64,000 nucleotides of DNA from Bacteroidales bacterium (GTDB taxonomy: Bacteria > Bacteroidota > Bacteroidia > Bacteroidales > UBA932): the NCBI GenBank assembly GCA_017530725.1, contig JAFXMA010000082.1, positions 7,994 through 71,993 on the forward strand, in the 5' to 3' direction. The position numbers and the translations under genes are program-made. Below the pieces are notes generated by a model. That model was not told the DNA's origin. It saw only the letters and a list, made by a program, of their open reading frames with translations, and searched no databases. Shown in pieces: positions 48,812 through 58,618 of the stretch; the stretch's first letter is position 1; each line of letters begins with the position of its first letter.

Positions 48812-49868
48812 GCCGCGCATCCTGTTCATCCTTCATCTTCCACCGCCTGTGCATGGTGCGGCGGTGATGGGGGAACAGATTCGGACGAGCGCCCTCCTCC
48901 CGGCTTACTGCGAGGCCCGTTTCATCAACTTGTCCGCGTCGGAGACGCTGGAGCAGGTCGGGCGTTTTTCGGTCCGGAAGTTCCTGCCGGTTTTCCACCT
49001 GGTCGGCGAAATCCGCCGGACGGTCCGGGAATGGAAGCCGAACCTGGTGTATATGACGCCGTCCGTCACGATGCCTGGTCTGCTCAAAGACGTCCTGGCC
49101 GTTCGGGCCGCCGGACGTTCGAAAAGGCTGCTGCATCTCCATAACAAGGGCGTGGAGGAACGTCAGGGTCGGTTTTTCCTGAACATCCTGTACCGTATGC
49201 TCTTCCAGGATGCCCATGTCATTCTGCTTTCCCGGCTCCTGTATCCCGACATCCGAAAATATGTTCCGGAGAAACGGGTTTCCTATTGCGCCAACGGCAT
49301 TGCTCTTCCTTTGACAGTCCGGTCCCGAGAATCGGTCCCGAGGCTCCTGTTCCTGTCCAACATTATTCGGTCCAAGGGCGTTTCCGTCTTGTTGGAGGCT
49401 TGCCGTCTGCTGAACGAAAGAGGCGTTGGTTTCCGATGCTCACTGATTGGTGCCCTATCGGCGGATTACCCCGGAGACAGTCTTTCCGATGAAATCCGGG
49501 AGAAAGGCTTGGAAGGAAGGGTCGTCTTTGATGGCCCCCTGCATGGGAAAGAGAAATGGGATGTTTTAGCAAAGGCGGATGTCTTTGTCCATCCCACTAT
49601 GAATGATTGCTTTCCGCTGGTGATTCTGGAGGCGATGGGCTCCGGACTTCCAGTCGTCACCACCGACGAAGGAGCGATTCCCGAGATGGTCAGGGACGGC
49701 GTGGATGGTCTGATCTGTCCGAAAGGTGATTCTAAGGTTTTGGCTGACGCCCTGGAGCGACTGCTTTCAGACGCCGCGCTGCGGACCCAGATGGGGGAGA
49801 GCGGTCAGGCGCGTTACCGGGAAAGATACACCTTGGAACAGTTTGAAAGCGTTTCGTCGATATCCTAA
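48783..49868 (+). CDS. Glycosyltransferase, GT4
   Basis: ILFILHLPPPVHGAA, LFLSNIIRSKG, DCFPLVILEAM..GLPVVTT.EGAIPE. The C-terminus may be frameshifted (see findings). Confidence 0.9.
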   Translation: MEKSALSGAKPRILFILHLPPPVHGAAVMGEQIRTSALLPAYCEARFINLSASETLEQVGRFSVRKFLPVFHLVGEIRRTVREWKPNLVYMTPSVTMPGLLKDVLAVRAAGRSKRLLHLHNKGVEERQGRFFLNILYRMLFQDAHVILLSRLLYPDIRKYVPEKRVSYCANGIALPLTVRSRESVPRLLFLSNIIRSKGVSVLLEACRLLNERGVGFRCSLIGALSADYPGDSLSDEIREKGLEGRVVFDGPLHGKEKWDVLAKADVFVHPTMNDCFPLVILEAMGSGLPVVTTDEGAIPEMVRDGVDGLICPKGDSKVLADALERLLSDAALRTQMGESGQARYRERYTLEQFESVSSIS

Positions 49869-49871
49869 AGG

Positions 49872-50921
49872 ATGCGTAACCTGTATTTGTCCAACCTACC
49901 GGTTTCCTACCGGATGGATTTCTACCGGTTCCTGTCGCGGGAACTGGATTGTGAGATCTGTTTCCAGGGGGGATTCCCGGTCAATCCGGGAATGACGGGG
50001 CGTGTTGAGCAGGGAATGACGTTGGATGCGGAGTTTCCGGTGCGACAGTGGACGCTTCAAAGTCTGCCGTCTATGCTGACTGCATTCCGTCCGAAGTTGG
50101 TGTTTGTGCCCGAATTTTCCGCTGCGGCGGTGTTGTGCCTGCGTCTTCGGAAGAAGTTTGGGTACAAGGTCATTTCTACGTGTGACGACAGCCTGGACAT
50201 GATCCAGGGCAATGATTTCGGGTGGAAACACCGACTGGCTCGGAGGATTGTTCCGAAGTGTCTGGACGGAATCATCCTGCACAGCCCGTCTGTCCGTGAC
50301 TGGTATCGGAAACGCTTCGGCAAAGGGCTCTTTATGCCAATCATCGCTGACGAGCGCCGTGTCCGACCGGACCTGGAGCGCGTTCTGCCCCTGTCGGAGC
50401 AGTTGCGTCCTGGCCCAAGGCCCATCGTCGCTTTCGTCGGCCGACTGGTCGGCCTGAAGAACGTGCCAGTCTTGTTGCGCGCCTTCGAGCCGCTCCGGGA
50501 TCGGGCGCAGTTGGTGGTCATCGGCAACGGACCTGAACGGGCCGCGTTGGAAGCGCAGGCCTCGGAGAACGCTCTTTTCACTGGAATGCTTACGGGTGAT
50601 GAACTCCTGGCATGGTATAATCTAATCGATATCCTGGTTCTTCCCAGCACTCTGGAAGCCTACGGCGCCGTTACCGCAGAAGCCCTAATGGCGGGCGCTC
50701 GCGTCATAGTTTCCCGAAAAGCCGGCTCTTCCGACTTGGTCCGGGAAGGGGATAACGGTTATGTCATAGCCCCCTCCAACGAATCGGGTCTGACCGACTG
50801 CCTTTTGCGGCTTCTTGAAACGCTTCCCGCGAACCGGTCGTTATATCTGCGGGAGAACCTTCTGCCTTACAGGTTCGAAACCTGCATACATGATTTGTTG
50901 AAAGAAATCAATTCGTTATGA
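49872..50921 (+). CDS. Glycosyltransferase, GT4
   Basis: N.PVSYR, FVGRLVGLKN, IG.GPER, LPS..EAYG.V..EAL.AG. Confidence 0.88.
   Translation: MRNLYLSNLPVSYRMDFYRFLSRELDCEICFQGGFPVNPGMTGRVEQGMTLDAEFPVRQWTLQSLPSMLTAFRPKLVFVPEFSAAAVLCLRLRKKFGYKVISTCDDSLDMIQGNDFGWKHRLARRIVPKCLDGIILHSPSVRDWYRKRFGKGLFMPIIADERRVRPDLERVLPLSEQLRPGPRPIVAFVGRLVGLKNVPVLLRAFEPLRDRAQLVVIGNGPERAALEAQASENALFTGMLTGDELLAWYNLIDILVLPSTLEAYGAVTAEALMAGARVIVSRKAGSSDLVREGDNGYVIAPSNESGLTDCLLRLLETLPANRSLYLRENLLPYRFETCIHDLLKEINSL
49971..49997 (-). repeat. CGTC-tagged palindrome inside the GT4 coding sequence
   Basis: Reverse complement reads cgtcattcccggattgaccgggaatcc; a partial second copy (gggaatgacg) is at 50012-50021. Confidence 0.65.
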
Positions 50922-51496
50922 ATACATTGGATATAGTCAAGGCGCAAATCGCCGAATCTGTCCGCGTCAAGCAGGCCATCCTGGCCGATGCGGCCCTTAT
51001 GGAAAGGATATCCTCGGTCGCTCGTATCATTGTCGATGCCTATAAAACCGGTCACAAGACAATGTGGGCCGGAAACGGAGGGAGCGCAGCTGATGCGCAG
51101 CATATGGCAGGAGAACTCGTGAACAAATTCTGCTTCGACCGCCCGGGACTGGCCGCTTTGTCCTTGTCCACGGACACGTCCATCATCACGGCCGTGGGCA
51201 ATGACTACGGTTTCGAGCGGCTGTTCGCGCGCCAGATAGAGGCGCAGGGACGGCCCGGCGACGTTTTCGTGGGTATTTCCACTTCCGGGAAGTCCAGGAA
51301 CCTCGTGGAGGCCCTGGGAGCCTGCAAGGCGAAAGGGATCAAGAGCGTAGCCATCGTGGGGGCGGATGAATGCCCGATGGACGATTACGACTATGTTATC
51401 CACGTTCCATCGAGAAGCACCCCCCGCATCCAGGAATGCCAGACGCTCATCGGGCATGTGCTGTGCTACCTGGTGGAGCAGGCGCTATTTGGATAG
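50918..51496 (+). CDS. gmhA: Phosphoheptose isomerase (SIS domain)
   Basis: AGNGGSAADAQH.AGE, TAVGNDYGF, GISTSGKSRN, TPRIQE. Confidence 0.9.
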   Translation: MNTLDIVKAQIAESVRVKQAILADAALMERISSVARIIVDAYKTGHKTMWAGNGGSAADAQHMAGELVNKFCFDRPGLAALSLSTDTSIITAVGNDYGFERLFARQIEAQGRPGDVFVGISTSGKSRNLVEALGACKAKGIKSVAIVGADECPMDDYDYVIHVPSRSTPRIQECQTLIGHVLCYLVEQALFG

Positions 51497-52207
51497 TTTT
51501 TCCTTCAGCACCAGCCAGAGGAACTTCGGATTGTTGATGAGATAGCGCCGCCATGTGCGGCGCGGTTCTTTGATAAGGCGGTAGAACCACTCGAGACCAT
51601 GGTCGATCCACCATTTCGGTGCCCGTTTCATGGTTCCGGCGAAGAAGTCGAAGACGGCACCGATGGCGCCGGCGTGGCAGTGGATGTCCAGTTCGGACCA
51701 ATGCGCGTCCAGCCATTTCTCCTGCTTGGGCGCTGTCATCCCTACCCAGAGGAGATCCGGGTTCGCGGCATTGACTGCATCGACCATCGCCCGGCTGTCT
51801 TCGGGTGAAAAAACGGGCTTGTAGGGAGGTGAGTAAGTGATTACCCGGATGTGCGGATAGGTCTCCGCCGCCCGTTTCACGATGAGGTCCAGCGTGGACG
51901 GGCTGCTGCCCAGGAAGAAACAGGTTCCCCCTTTTTCCTCCAGTCTTTCCATTTCATAGGCGAACAAATCCGCGCCGGCGATCTTTTCGTCCGGCGCGTT
52001 TTTCGTGCCGAGCCACCGGCTGGCCTTCACGATGGGGAGACCGTCGGGGAGGAGGGCATCGGCCTTCAGGAGGGCGGCGGCGAAAGCATCGTCCTGCTGC
52101 GCCACGACGAATGAGTGCGCGTTGACCGTGTCGATGAGGAATTTCTCCTCCGGCCAGGACGCCATTTCGGTCCGGGAACGCACAAGCGTCAACTCCTTGA
52201 TTTTCAT
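51485..52207 (-). CDS. WecB/TagA/CpsF-family glycosyltransferase (GT26)
   Basis: TVNAHS, LPDG, IAGADL, FFLGSS, LWVGMTAPKQEKW, GAVFDF.AG...RAP, LEWFYRL.KEPRR. Confidence 0.92.
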   Translation of the reverse strand: MKIKELTLVRSRTEMASWPEEKFLIDTVNAHSFVVAQQDDAFAAALLKADALLPDGLPIVKASRWLGTKNAPDEKIAGADLFAYEMERLEEKGGTCFFLGSSPSTLDLIVKRAAETYPHIRVITYSPPYKPVFSPEDSRAMVDAVNAANPDLLWVGMTAPKQEKWLDAHWSELDIHCHAGAIGAVFDFFAGTMKRAPKWWIDHGLEWFYRLIKEPRRTWRRYLINNPKFLWLVLKEKLSK

Positions 52208-52210
52208 GGG

Positions 52211-53638
52211 CTAGTACGCTTTTTCGTCCTGGTGCCGGATCAACTGCCAGATGGTCATGAAGATGATGGAGATGTCCAGTTCCACCGACCAGTGCTCGAT
52301 GTACCAGATGTCCTTTTCCACACGCGCCCGCATGTCCGCGAGTTCCTTGGTTTCGCCGCGGCAGCCGTTGACCTGGGCCCAGCCGGTGATGCCGGGCTTC
52401 GCCAGATGGCGGATCATGTAATCGCCGATGAGGTCGGAGTAGATGTCCGTATGGTGGAGCATGTGGGGACGCGGGCCAACGACGGACATGTCACCCAGGA
52501 AAACGTTGATGAACTGGGGAAGTTCGTCGATGGAACTACGGCGGAGGAACTCCCCGAACCTGAACACCCGGCTGTCGCCCTTGACGGCCTGCTTGGTGTC
52601 GGCATCGGCACTCGCGTGCATCGACCGGAACTTGTAGCACCAGAACTCCTTGCCTTCATAGCCGGTGCGTTTCTGCTTGAACAGCACGGGACCGGGGGAG
52701 GAGAGTTTGATGCCGATGGCGCAGACGAGCCAGATGATGGGGAAGAGCGTGACCAGGAAAAGTCCGGACAATACGAGGTCGCCGGTACGCTTGACCAGTT
52801 TGGCCAGGGGAGTGTTCAGGGGCTCTTCGTGGAGGCTGATGACATTGACATTCCCGAGTTGGGAGATGTTCATCTTGCGCTTGGGGTAGCCTTCCATGCC
52901 CGGGACGTACTTGAACCGGACCATGTGGGCCTCGCAGGTGGAGACCAGGCGGTTCACGTAGTCCGTTTCCGTTGCGGGGTTCAGGGAGCAGAGGACTTCC
53001 TTCAGCGCTTCGCCCTGCTGGGTAACGTACGGAATGGCATCCTCAGGAGTGCCCAGATACCTGATTCCGGCAGGAACTTCCTCGGGATGCTGGGTAAACA
53101 TCCCATGCACCGAATAGCCCTCTTCCGTGTAGGAACCGGTCAGGAACTCGCAGACGGACAGCATGTTGGGTTCGGAACCGACCAAGGCGACCGTGTAGTG
53201 GTTCGCACCCTTCCGGCGGAACAGGCCGATGGCTCTGCGCATCAGCAGGTGCCACAGGATGTACAGGACCCCGGTCAGGACGGCCTGGAGACCCAGGAGT
53301 TTTCCCTGGAGGACCAGTTCGTAGATGATGGCCATCAGGCCATTGTACAGGATGAAAGTCGCGGCGGCGTTCAGGATGGCGCGGTTGGCGATGTTCACGG
53401 AAGAGCGACCCCGCTCATTGATCTTGATACCCAGCAGCCAGGCGGTCAGGAGGCAACTGACGACGAGGAGGAACCAGGATCCGACCTGCTCGTACTTGGG
53501 CAGGTTGTTCTCGCGGACCATGTCCGTTCCGTGCAGCAGGAATTCCAGAACGCCCACCTGGATCAGGATGTCCCCGATCAGGGTGGGTAACTTGTAGAAA
53601 AGCGTTTCCTTCGTGGTGGTCTTGAAAATGCTGAGCAT
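52211..53638 (-). CDS. Undecaprenyl-phosphate sugar phosphotransferase (initiating GT, WcaJ-like)
   Basis: N-terminal TM segments; KR..D, SPGPVLFKQ.R.G, YKFRSM, SIDELPQF.NV..GDMSVVGPRP, KPGITGWAQVNG.RGET. Confidence 0.93.
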   Translation of the reverse strand: MLSIFKTTTKETLFYKLPTLIGDILIQVGVLEFLLHGTDMVRENNLPKYEQVGSWFLLVVSCLLTAWLLGIKINERGRSSVNIANRAILNAAATFILYNGLMAIIYELVLQGKLLGLQAVLTGVLYILWHLLMRRAIGLFRRKGANHYTVALVGSEPNMLSVCEFLTGSYTEEGYSVHGMFTQHPEEVPAGIRYLGTPEDAIPYVTQQGEALKEVLCSLNPATETDYVNRLVSTCEAHMVRFKYVPGMEGYPKRKMNISQLGNVNVISLHEEPLNTPLAKLVKRTGDLVLSGLFLVTLFPIIWLVCAIGIKLSSPGPVLFKQKRTGYEGKEFWCYKFRSMHASADADTKQAVKGDSRVFRFGEFLRRSSIDELPQFINVFLGDMSVVGPRPHMLHHTDIYSDLIGDYMIRHLAKPGITGWAQVNGCRGETKELADMRARVEKDIWYIEHWSVELDISIIFMTIWQLIRHQDEKAY

Positions 53639-53658
53639 AAATCGGCCTCGCTTCGATG

Positions 53659-53685
53659 CAAAGTTACTGTTTTTTCTTATATTTG
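53659..53685. promoter_or_regulatory. Back-to-back divergent -7 promoter boxes (wcaJ-like gene / rfbA)
   Basis: CAAAGTTA at 53659-53666 (TAACTTTG on the minus strand) and TATATTTG at 53678-53685. Confidence 0.6.
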
Positions 53686-53704
53686 TTTGTTTTAACCACG
53701 AATT

Positions 53705-54571
53705 ATGAAAGGAATCGTCTTAGCCGGTGGAAGCGGTACCCGCCTCTATCCCATCACCAAAGGAGTCTCCAAGCAACTCCTTCCCATCTATGATAAGCCC
53801 ATGATCTACTATCCCGTTTCCGTGCTCATGCTGGCCGGTATCCAGGATATCCTGATCATTTCCACGCCGCACGACCTGCCCGGCTTCCAGCGTCTGCTGG
53901 GGGACGGTTCCGATTATGGCGTACATTTCTCCTATGCCGAGCAGCCGTCCCCCGACGGCCTGGCCCAGGCTTTCATCATCGGCCGGGAGTTCATCGGTGA
54001 CGATACCGCCTGCATGGTGCTGGGAGACAATATCTTCCATGGCTCCGGCTTTGAAAGGCAACTGCGCCGGGCCGTGGCCGATGCGGACCGCGGTAAGGCG
54101 ACTGTCTTCGGCTATTGGGTTTCCGACCCCGAGCGCTACGGCGTGGCGGAGTTCGATGCCGAAGGCCACTGCATATCCATCGAGGAAAAGCCGGCGCAAT
54201 CCAAGTCGAACTATGCGGTCACCGGACTGTATTTCTATCCGAACAAGGTCGTCGATGTCGCCGCCGCCGTCAAGCCTTCCGCCCGGGGCGAACTCGAAAT
54301 CACTTCCGTGAACCAGGCCTTCCTGGCCGATGGGGAACTGCTGGTCCAGACCCTCGGCCGCGGTTTTGCCTGGCTGGACACCGGCACCCATGAGTCGCTT
54401 GCGGAAGCATCGACCTATATCGAAGTGATCGAGAAGCGCCAGGGCTTGAAAATCGCCTGCCTGGAGGAAATCGCTTACCGGAACCGCTGGATCACCCGCG
54501 AACACCTTCGCGAAGTCGCCTTCCCCATGCGGAAGAACCAGTACGGGCAGTATCTGCTGAATTTGGTATGA
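53705..54571 (+). CDS. rfbA: Glucose-1-phosphate thymidylyltransferase
   Basis: [59 protein letters not shown]. Confidence 0.97.
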   Translation: MKGIVLAGGSGTRLYPITKGVSKQLLPIYDKPMIYYPVSVLMLAGIQDILIISTPHDLPGFQRLLGDGSDYGVHFSYAEQPSPDGLAQAFIIGREFIGDDTACMVLGDNIFHGSGFERQLRRAVADADRGKATVFGYWVSDPERYGVAEFDAEGHCISIEEKPAQSKSNYAVTGLYFYPNKVVDVAAAVKPSARGELEITSVNQAFLADGELLVQTLGRGFAWLDTGTHESLAEASTYIEVIEKRQGLKIACLEEIAYRNRWITREHLREVAFPMRKNQYGQYLLNLV

Positions 54572-55659
54572 TGTCATTCCGAGCGAAGCGAAGGAATCTC
54601 TTCCTTCTTTTAGTCGCCGTCCTGATGGCCTCCTGTACCCGCCCGGACATCCTGACGATGTTCGTCGGCACCTACTCCGACGGCTTCTATGCCTATGAGT
54701 TCGACCAGAATGCCGGCACGCTGGTCGGCGACGGGCCCGTCGCGAAGGCGGAGATTCCCAACCCCTCCTATCTGTCGGTCCATGACAACAAGGTGTATGC
54801 GGTGAGCGAGATGCACGACGCATCGGCTTCCGTCTGGGCCTGGCGCTGGTGCGGCAACGGCTTCGAACTGCTGAACTCCCAGCCTACGGGTATTCCGGAA
54901 CGCGGCGAAGACCCTTGCTACGTCTCCACGGACGGCACCCTCCTCGCCGTCGCCAACTACTCCGGCGGCACCCTCGCCACCTATCGGCTCACGACCGACG
55001 GAAGCATCGCCCCGCTCGACTCGCTGCTGGTTTCCGGTACGGGCGGTCCCGACCTTTCCCGCCAGGAGGCGCCCCATGTGCATTGTGCCATTTTCTCACC
55101 GGATGGCAAGCATCTGTTCTTCAGTGAGTTCAGCGCCGATGAGATCGGCCGGCTGGATGTCATTCCCGGGGGAGTGCGGAACTACTGCCGGGCAGCCACC
55201 TTGCATTCGGATTGTGGTCCCCGGCATCTGCTGTTCGATGCTTCGGGTGAGCATCTGTACGTGATCGGCGAACTCTCCGGAGACATCACGGTCTTCGATT
55301 ATGCGGCCGGTACGTTGACCGAAAAGCAGGTCATCAAGGCCGACCGCATGGATGCCCGCGGTGCCGCTGACATCCATCTCTCGCCCGACGGGAAGTTCCT
55401 GTACGCTTCGCTTCGCCTCCGTGGCGACGGCATCGTCGTGTTCGAAGTCGGCCCCGGCGGCGTGCTGGCCTATGCCGGCTACACCACCACCGGTCCGCAC
55501 CCCCGCAACTTCAACATCACCCCGAATGGCCGCTACGTCCTCGTCGCCTGCCGCGACAACGATTCCATCGAAATCTACGCCCGCGACAACTCCACAGGCC
55601 TCCTCACCGACACTGGCAGGCGCATTTCCCTGGAGCGTCCCGTCTTCGTCGGCTGGTAA
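54568..55659 (+). CDS. Lactonase, 7-bladed beta-propeller (Pgl/YbhE family) lipoprotein
   Basis: Lipobox [52 protein letters not shown]. Confidence 0.88.
   Translation: MMSFRAKRRNLFLLLVAVLMASCTRPDILTMFVGTYSDGFYAYEFDQNAGTLVGDGPVAKAEIPNPSYLSVHDNKVYAVSEMHDASASVWAWRWCGNGFELLNSQPTGIPERGEDPCYVSTDGTLLAVANYSGGTLATYRLTTDGSIAPLDSLLVSGTGGPDLSRQEAPHVHCAIFSPDGKHLFFSEFSADEIGRLDVIPGGVRNYCRAATLHSDCGPRHLLFDASGEHLYVIGELSGDITVFDYAAGTLTEKQVIKADRMDARGAADIHLSPDGKFLYASLRLRGDGIVVFEVGPGGVLAYAGYTTTGPHPRNFNITPNGRYVLVACRDNDSIEIYARDNSTGLLTDTGRRISLERPVFVGW
54572..54599 (+). repeat. TGTC-tagged REP-like palindrome within the 5' end of the lactonase gene
   Basis: tgtcattccgagcgaagcgaaggaatct, near-identical to the intergenic copy at 58645. 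Confidence 0.7.
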
Positions 55660-55676
55660 TTCCTCGTGAAGAGGAG

Positions 55677-55708
55677 TTTGGGGTTGTAGGGAAAAGTTCG
55701 TATTTTTG
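55677..55708 (+). promoter_or_regulatory. Bacteroidota sigma-A promoter for the epimerase-kinase-NTase-ugd block
   Basis: TTTG (-33) at 55677-55680 and TATTTTTG (-7) at 55701-55708, 20-nt spacer. Confidence 0.65.
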
Positions 55709-55726
55709 CGCACTAAACTGATTGGC

Positions 55727-56695
55727 ATGAAAATTTTGGTGACAGGGGCGGCTGGTTTTATTGCTTCGAAGGTGATGTACGCCCTCCGGGAGCGGGGGGA
55801 CGAGGTTATCGGAATCGACAATTACAACGATTATTACGACATCCGGCTGAAGGAGGCGCGGGTGAAGGCGCTGAGACTGGATGTCGTGAAGATGGATCTG
55901 GCCGATAAGGAGGCGATTGACAAGTTGTTCGAGACGGAGAAGTTCGACAAGGTAATCAACTTGGCGGCGCAGGCGGGAGTGCGATATAGCATCACGAACC
56001 CGTATGCGTATCTGCAGAGCAATCTGGTGGGATTCCTGAATATCCTGGAGGCTTGCCGGAACTATGGCGTGAAGCATTTGGTCTATGCTTCTTCCTCCAG
56101 CGTTTACGGGCTGAATGCCAAGGTTCCGTACAGCGAGGATGACAAGGTGGACAATCCCATTTCCCTGTATGCTGCAACCAAGAAGTCGAACGAACTGATG
56201 GCGCACAGTTACTGCAAACTGTACGGCATCGCGATGACGGGACTGCGGTATTTCACCGTGTATGGGCCCTGGGGACGGCCGGATATGGCGCCGATGCTCT
56301 TTGCCCGCGCCATCAGCCGGGGAGAGACTATCAAGGTCTTCAACCACGGCGACATGATCCGCGACTTCACTTACATCGACGATATCGTCGCGGGCACCAT
56401 TGGATGCCTGGACCATGAGCCGACGCCGGATGCGAACGGGCTCAAGTACCGTGTCTATAACATCGGCTGTTCCAACCCCGTGAAACTGATGGACTTCATT
56501 TCCGAGATCGAGCAGGCGCTCGGCATCGAGGCGAAGAAGGAGTTCCTGCCCATGCAGCCGGGCGATGTCTATCAGACCAATGCCGACACCACCAAACTGG
56601 AGACTGAGATCGGCTACAAGCCCGTCGTGCGCCTGCATGAGGGCATCGGCAAGTTCATCGAATGGTACAAGAGCGACCTTAATCCGCTGAAATAG
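55727..56695 (+). CDS. UDP-glucuronate 4-epimerase (CapI/LpsL/WcaG-like SDR)
   Basis: ILVTGAAGFI, NLAAQAGVRYS..NP, YASSSSVYG, SLYAATKKSNE, FTVYGPWGRPDMA, MQPGDV. Confidence 0.9.
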   Translation: MKILVTGAAGFIASKVMYALRERGDEVIGIDNYNDYYDIRLKEARVKALRLDVVKMDLADKEAIDKLFETEKFDKVINLAAQAGVRYSITNPYAYLQSNLVGFLNILEACRNYGVKHLVYASSSSVYGLNAKVPYSEDDKVDNPISLYAATKKSNELMAHSYCKLYGIAMTGLRYFTVYGPWGRPDMAPMLFARAISRGETIKVFNHGDMIRDFTYIDDIVAGTIGCLDHEPTPDANGLKYRVYNIGCSNPVKLMDFISEIEQALGIEAKKEFLPMQPGDVYQTNADTTKLETEIGYKPVVRLHEGIGKFIEWYKSDLNPLK

Positions 56696-56696
56696 C

Positions 56697-57872
56697 ATGC
56701 GCTGCGAAGAACGATTTTTCGAAACCTACGGCAGGGATTACGACGGCGTCACCTTCTGTCCCTACCGCATCTGCCCCATCGGGGCCCATTCCGACCACAA
56801 CCTCGGGAAGATTACCGGCCTGGCCATCGACAAGGGCATCCACATCGTGTATGCCGCGAAGCAGAACGGCGTGGTGGAGATGTCTTCCATCCAGTTCCCG
56901 AAGCGGGCCCAGTGGCATATCGAGAGCGTTCCGCCCCAGAAAGTGGGGGACTGGGCCGATTACCTCCGAGGCGCTACTCTCTCGCTGGAGCGCGAGTACC
57001 GGCTGAAAGTTGGCATCTGCGGTGTCATCGAAGGTTCGCTGCCTATTGGCGGTCTCTCTTCGTCCGCTGCAGTCATCATCGCCTTTCTTTCCGCCCTGGC
57101 CAGCGTGAACGGCATCCATCTGAGCGCGCAGGAACTCATCGACCTGGCCTATGACGCCGAACTGAATTACGTGGGCGTGTCCGTGGGCAAACTGGACCAG
57201 AGTTGCGAAGTGCTCAGCCAGGCACATCACCTACTGTATCTGGATACGTTGGACGGCAAATATGAACTCATCCCGGAACATCCGGACATGAAGCCTTACA
57301 AGATCGCCATCTTCTTCTCCGGGCTGGAGCACAGCCTCGCCGGATCCAAGTACAACATGCGCGTGGATGAACTCCGCAGCGGCGTTTACGCCCTCCAGGC
57401 CTTCGCCGGCATGGAATACGGCAAGTTCAAGGATGCCATGGCCCGGAATGTCCCGCGGGAAGTGTACGAGACTTACAAGGACCGTCTGCCCGATCCCTGG
57501 CGCAAGCGCTGCGAGCACTGGTACACCGAGTTTGAACGGGTCCAGCAAGGGGCGGAAGCCTGGCGGCGGGGCGACATTGAAACCTACGGACGCCTCTCCT
57601 TCGAATCCGGCTGGAGCAGCATCCACAACTGGGAATCCGGCGCTCCGGAGCAGATCCGCCTGTACGAGATCATGCGGCAGACGGACGGCATCTATGGCGG
57701 CCGGTTCTCCGGCGCGGGCTTCAAGGGCTGCTGCATGGCCCTCATCGACCCGGCCTATGCCGATGAGATTGCGGACAAGGTCACTACGGCCTACTTGAAA
57801 GATTTCCCGCGCCTCGCGGACAAGTATGGCGTGTATATGTGTGACAGCGCTGACGGACTGAATACCTTATGA
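56697..57872 (+). CDS. GHMP sugar-1-kinase, galacturonokinase-like
   Basis: PYRICPIGAHSDH, P.GGLSSSAA (GHMP motif), G.LDQ, YN.RV.E, YGGRFSGAGFKGCC. Confidence 0.75.
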   Translation: MRCEERFFETYGRDYDGVTFCPYRICPIGAHSDHNLGKITGLAIDKGIHIVYAAKQNGVVEMSSIQFPKRAQWHIESVPPQKVGDWADYLRGATLSLEREYRLKVGICGVIEGSLPIGGLSSSAAVIIAFLSALASVNGIHLSAQELIDLAYDAELNYVGVSVGKLDQSCEVLSQAHHLLYLDTLDGKYELIPEHPDMKPYKIAIFFSGLEHSLAGSKYNMRVDELRSGVYALQAFAGMEYGKFKDAMARNVPREVYETYKDRLPDPWRKRCEHWYTEFERVQQGAEAWRRGDIETYGRLSFESGWSSIHNWESGAPEQIRLYEIMRQTDGIYGGRFSGAGFKGCCMALIDPAYADEIADKVTTAYLKDFPRLADKYGVYMCDSADGLNTL

Positions 57873-58618
57873 AATGCCTTATCCTGGCCGCCGGCTACGC
57901 CACGCGGCTGTATCCGCTTACGGAAAACTTCCCGAAACCCCTCCTGAAGGTAGGGGAGAAGACCATCCTGGACTGGCTCATCGACGACATCGACGCTGCC
58001 GGCCTGGTGGACGAGTATATCGTCATCTCCAATCACAAGTTCGCGCATATCTTCGAGCAATGGGCTTCCTCCTGTCATCTTGAGGCTAAAAGGATTACCG
58101 TCCTCGACGATGGCACCTCGACGAACGAAACCCGCCTCGGCGCCGTCCGCGACATCCAGTTCGCGGTCGAGCAGTTGGGGCTGGACGATGACCTGCTCGT
58201 CATCGCTGGAGATAACCTGCTGGATTTCAGCCTGGTACGGTTTATCAAATATGCGCGGGAGAAGGGGACGACCTGCATCATGCGGTACTACGAACCGGCA
58301 GTGGAGAAACTCCGCAAGACCGGCGTCGCCACCGTCGATGAGAACGACCTGGTCCTGTCCATGGTGGAGAAACCCGCCGATCCACAGAGCCACTGGTGCT
58401 GCCCGCCGTTCTACTTCTATCGCCGCAGCGACGTCCCGCTCGTGAAAGTGGGCATCGACAACGGCTGCGGGGTGGACGCCCCCGGCAGTTTCATCGCCTG
58501 GCTCTCCGGCGTAACCCCCGTCCACGCCTGGGAAATGCCCGGCCATCGCTATGACATCGGGAACCTGGCCTCCTACGAGGAGGTTCAGCGAACCTACCGG
58601 GGGATAGTGTCAATGTGA
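57869..58618 (+). CDS. Sugar-1-phosphate nucleotidyltransferase (NTP_transferase)
   Basis: ILAAGYATRLYPLT..PKPLL, RLGAVRDI, IAGDNL, EKP, YDIG; ATGA overlap with the kinase gene. Confidence 0.85.
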   Translation: MKCLILAAGYATRLYPLTENFPKPLLKVGEKTILDWLIDDIDAAGLVDEYIVISNHKFAHIFEQWASSCHLEAKRITVLDDGTSTNETRLGAVRDIQFAVEQLGLDDDLLVIAGDNLLDFSLVRFIKYAREKGTTCIMRYYEPAVEKLRKTGVATVDENDLVLSMVEKPADPQSHWCCPPFYFYRRSDVPLVKVGIDNGCGVDAPGSFIAWLSGVTPVHAWEMPGHRYDIGNLASYEEVQRTYRGIVSM

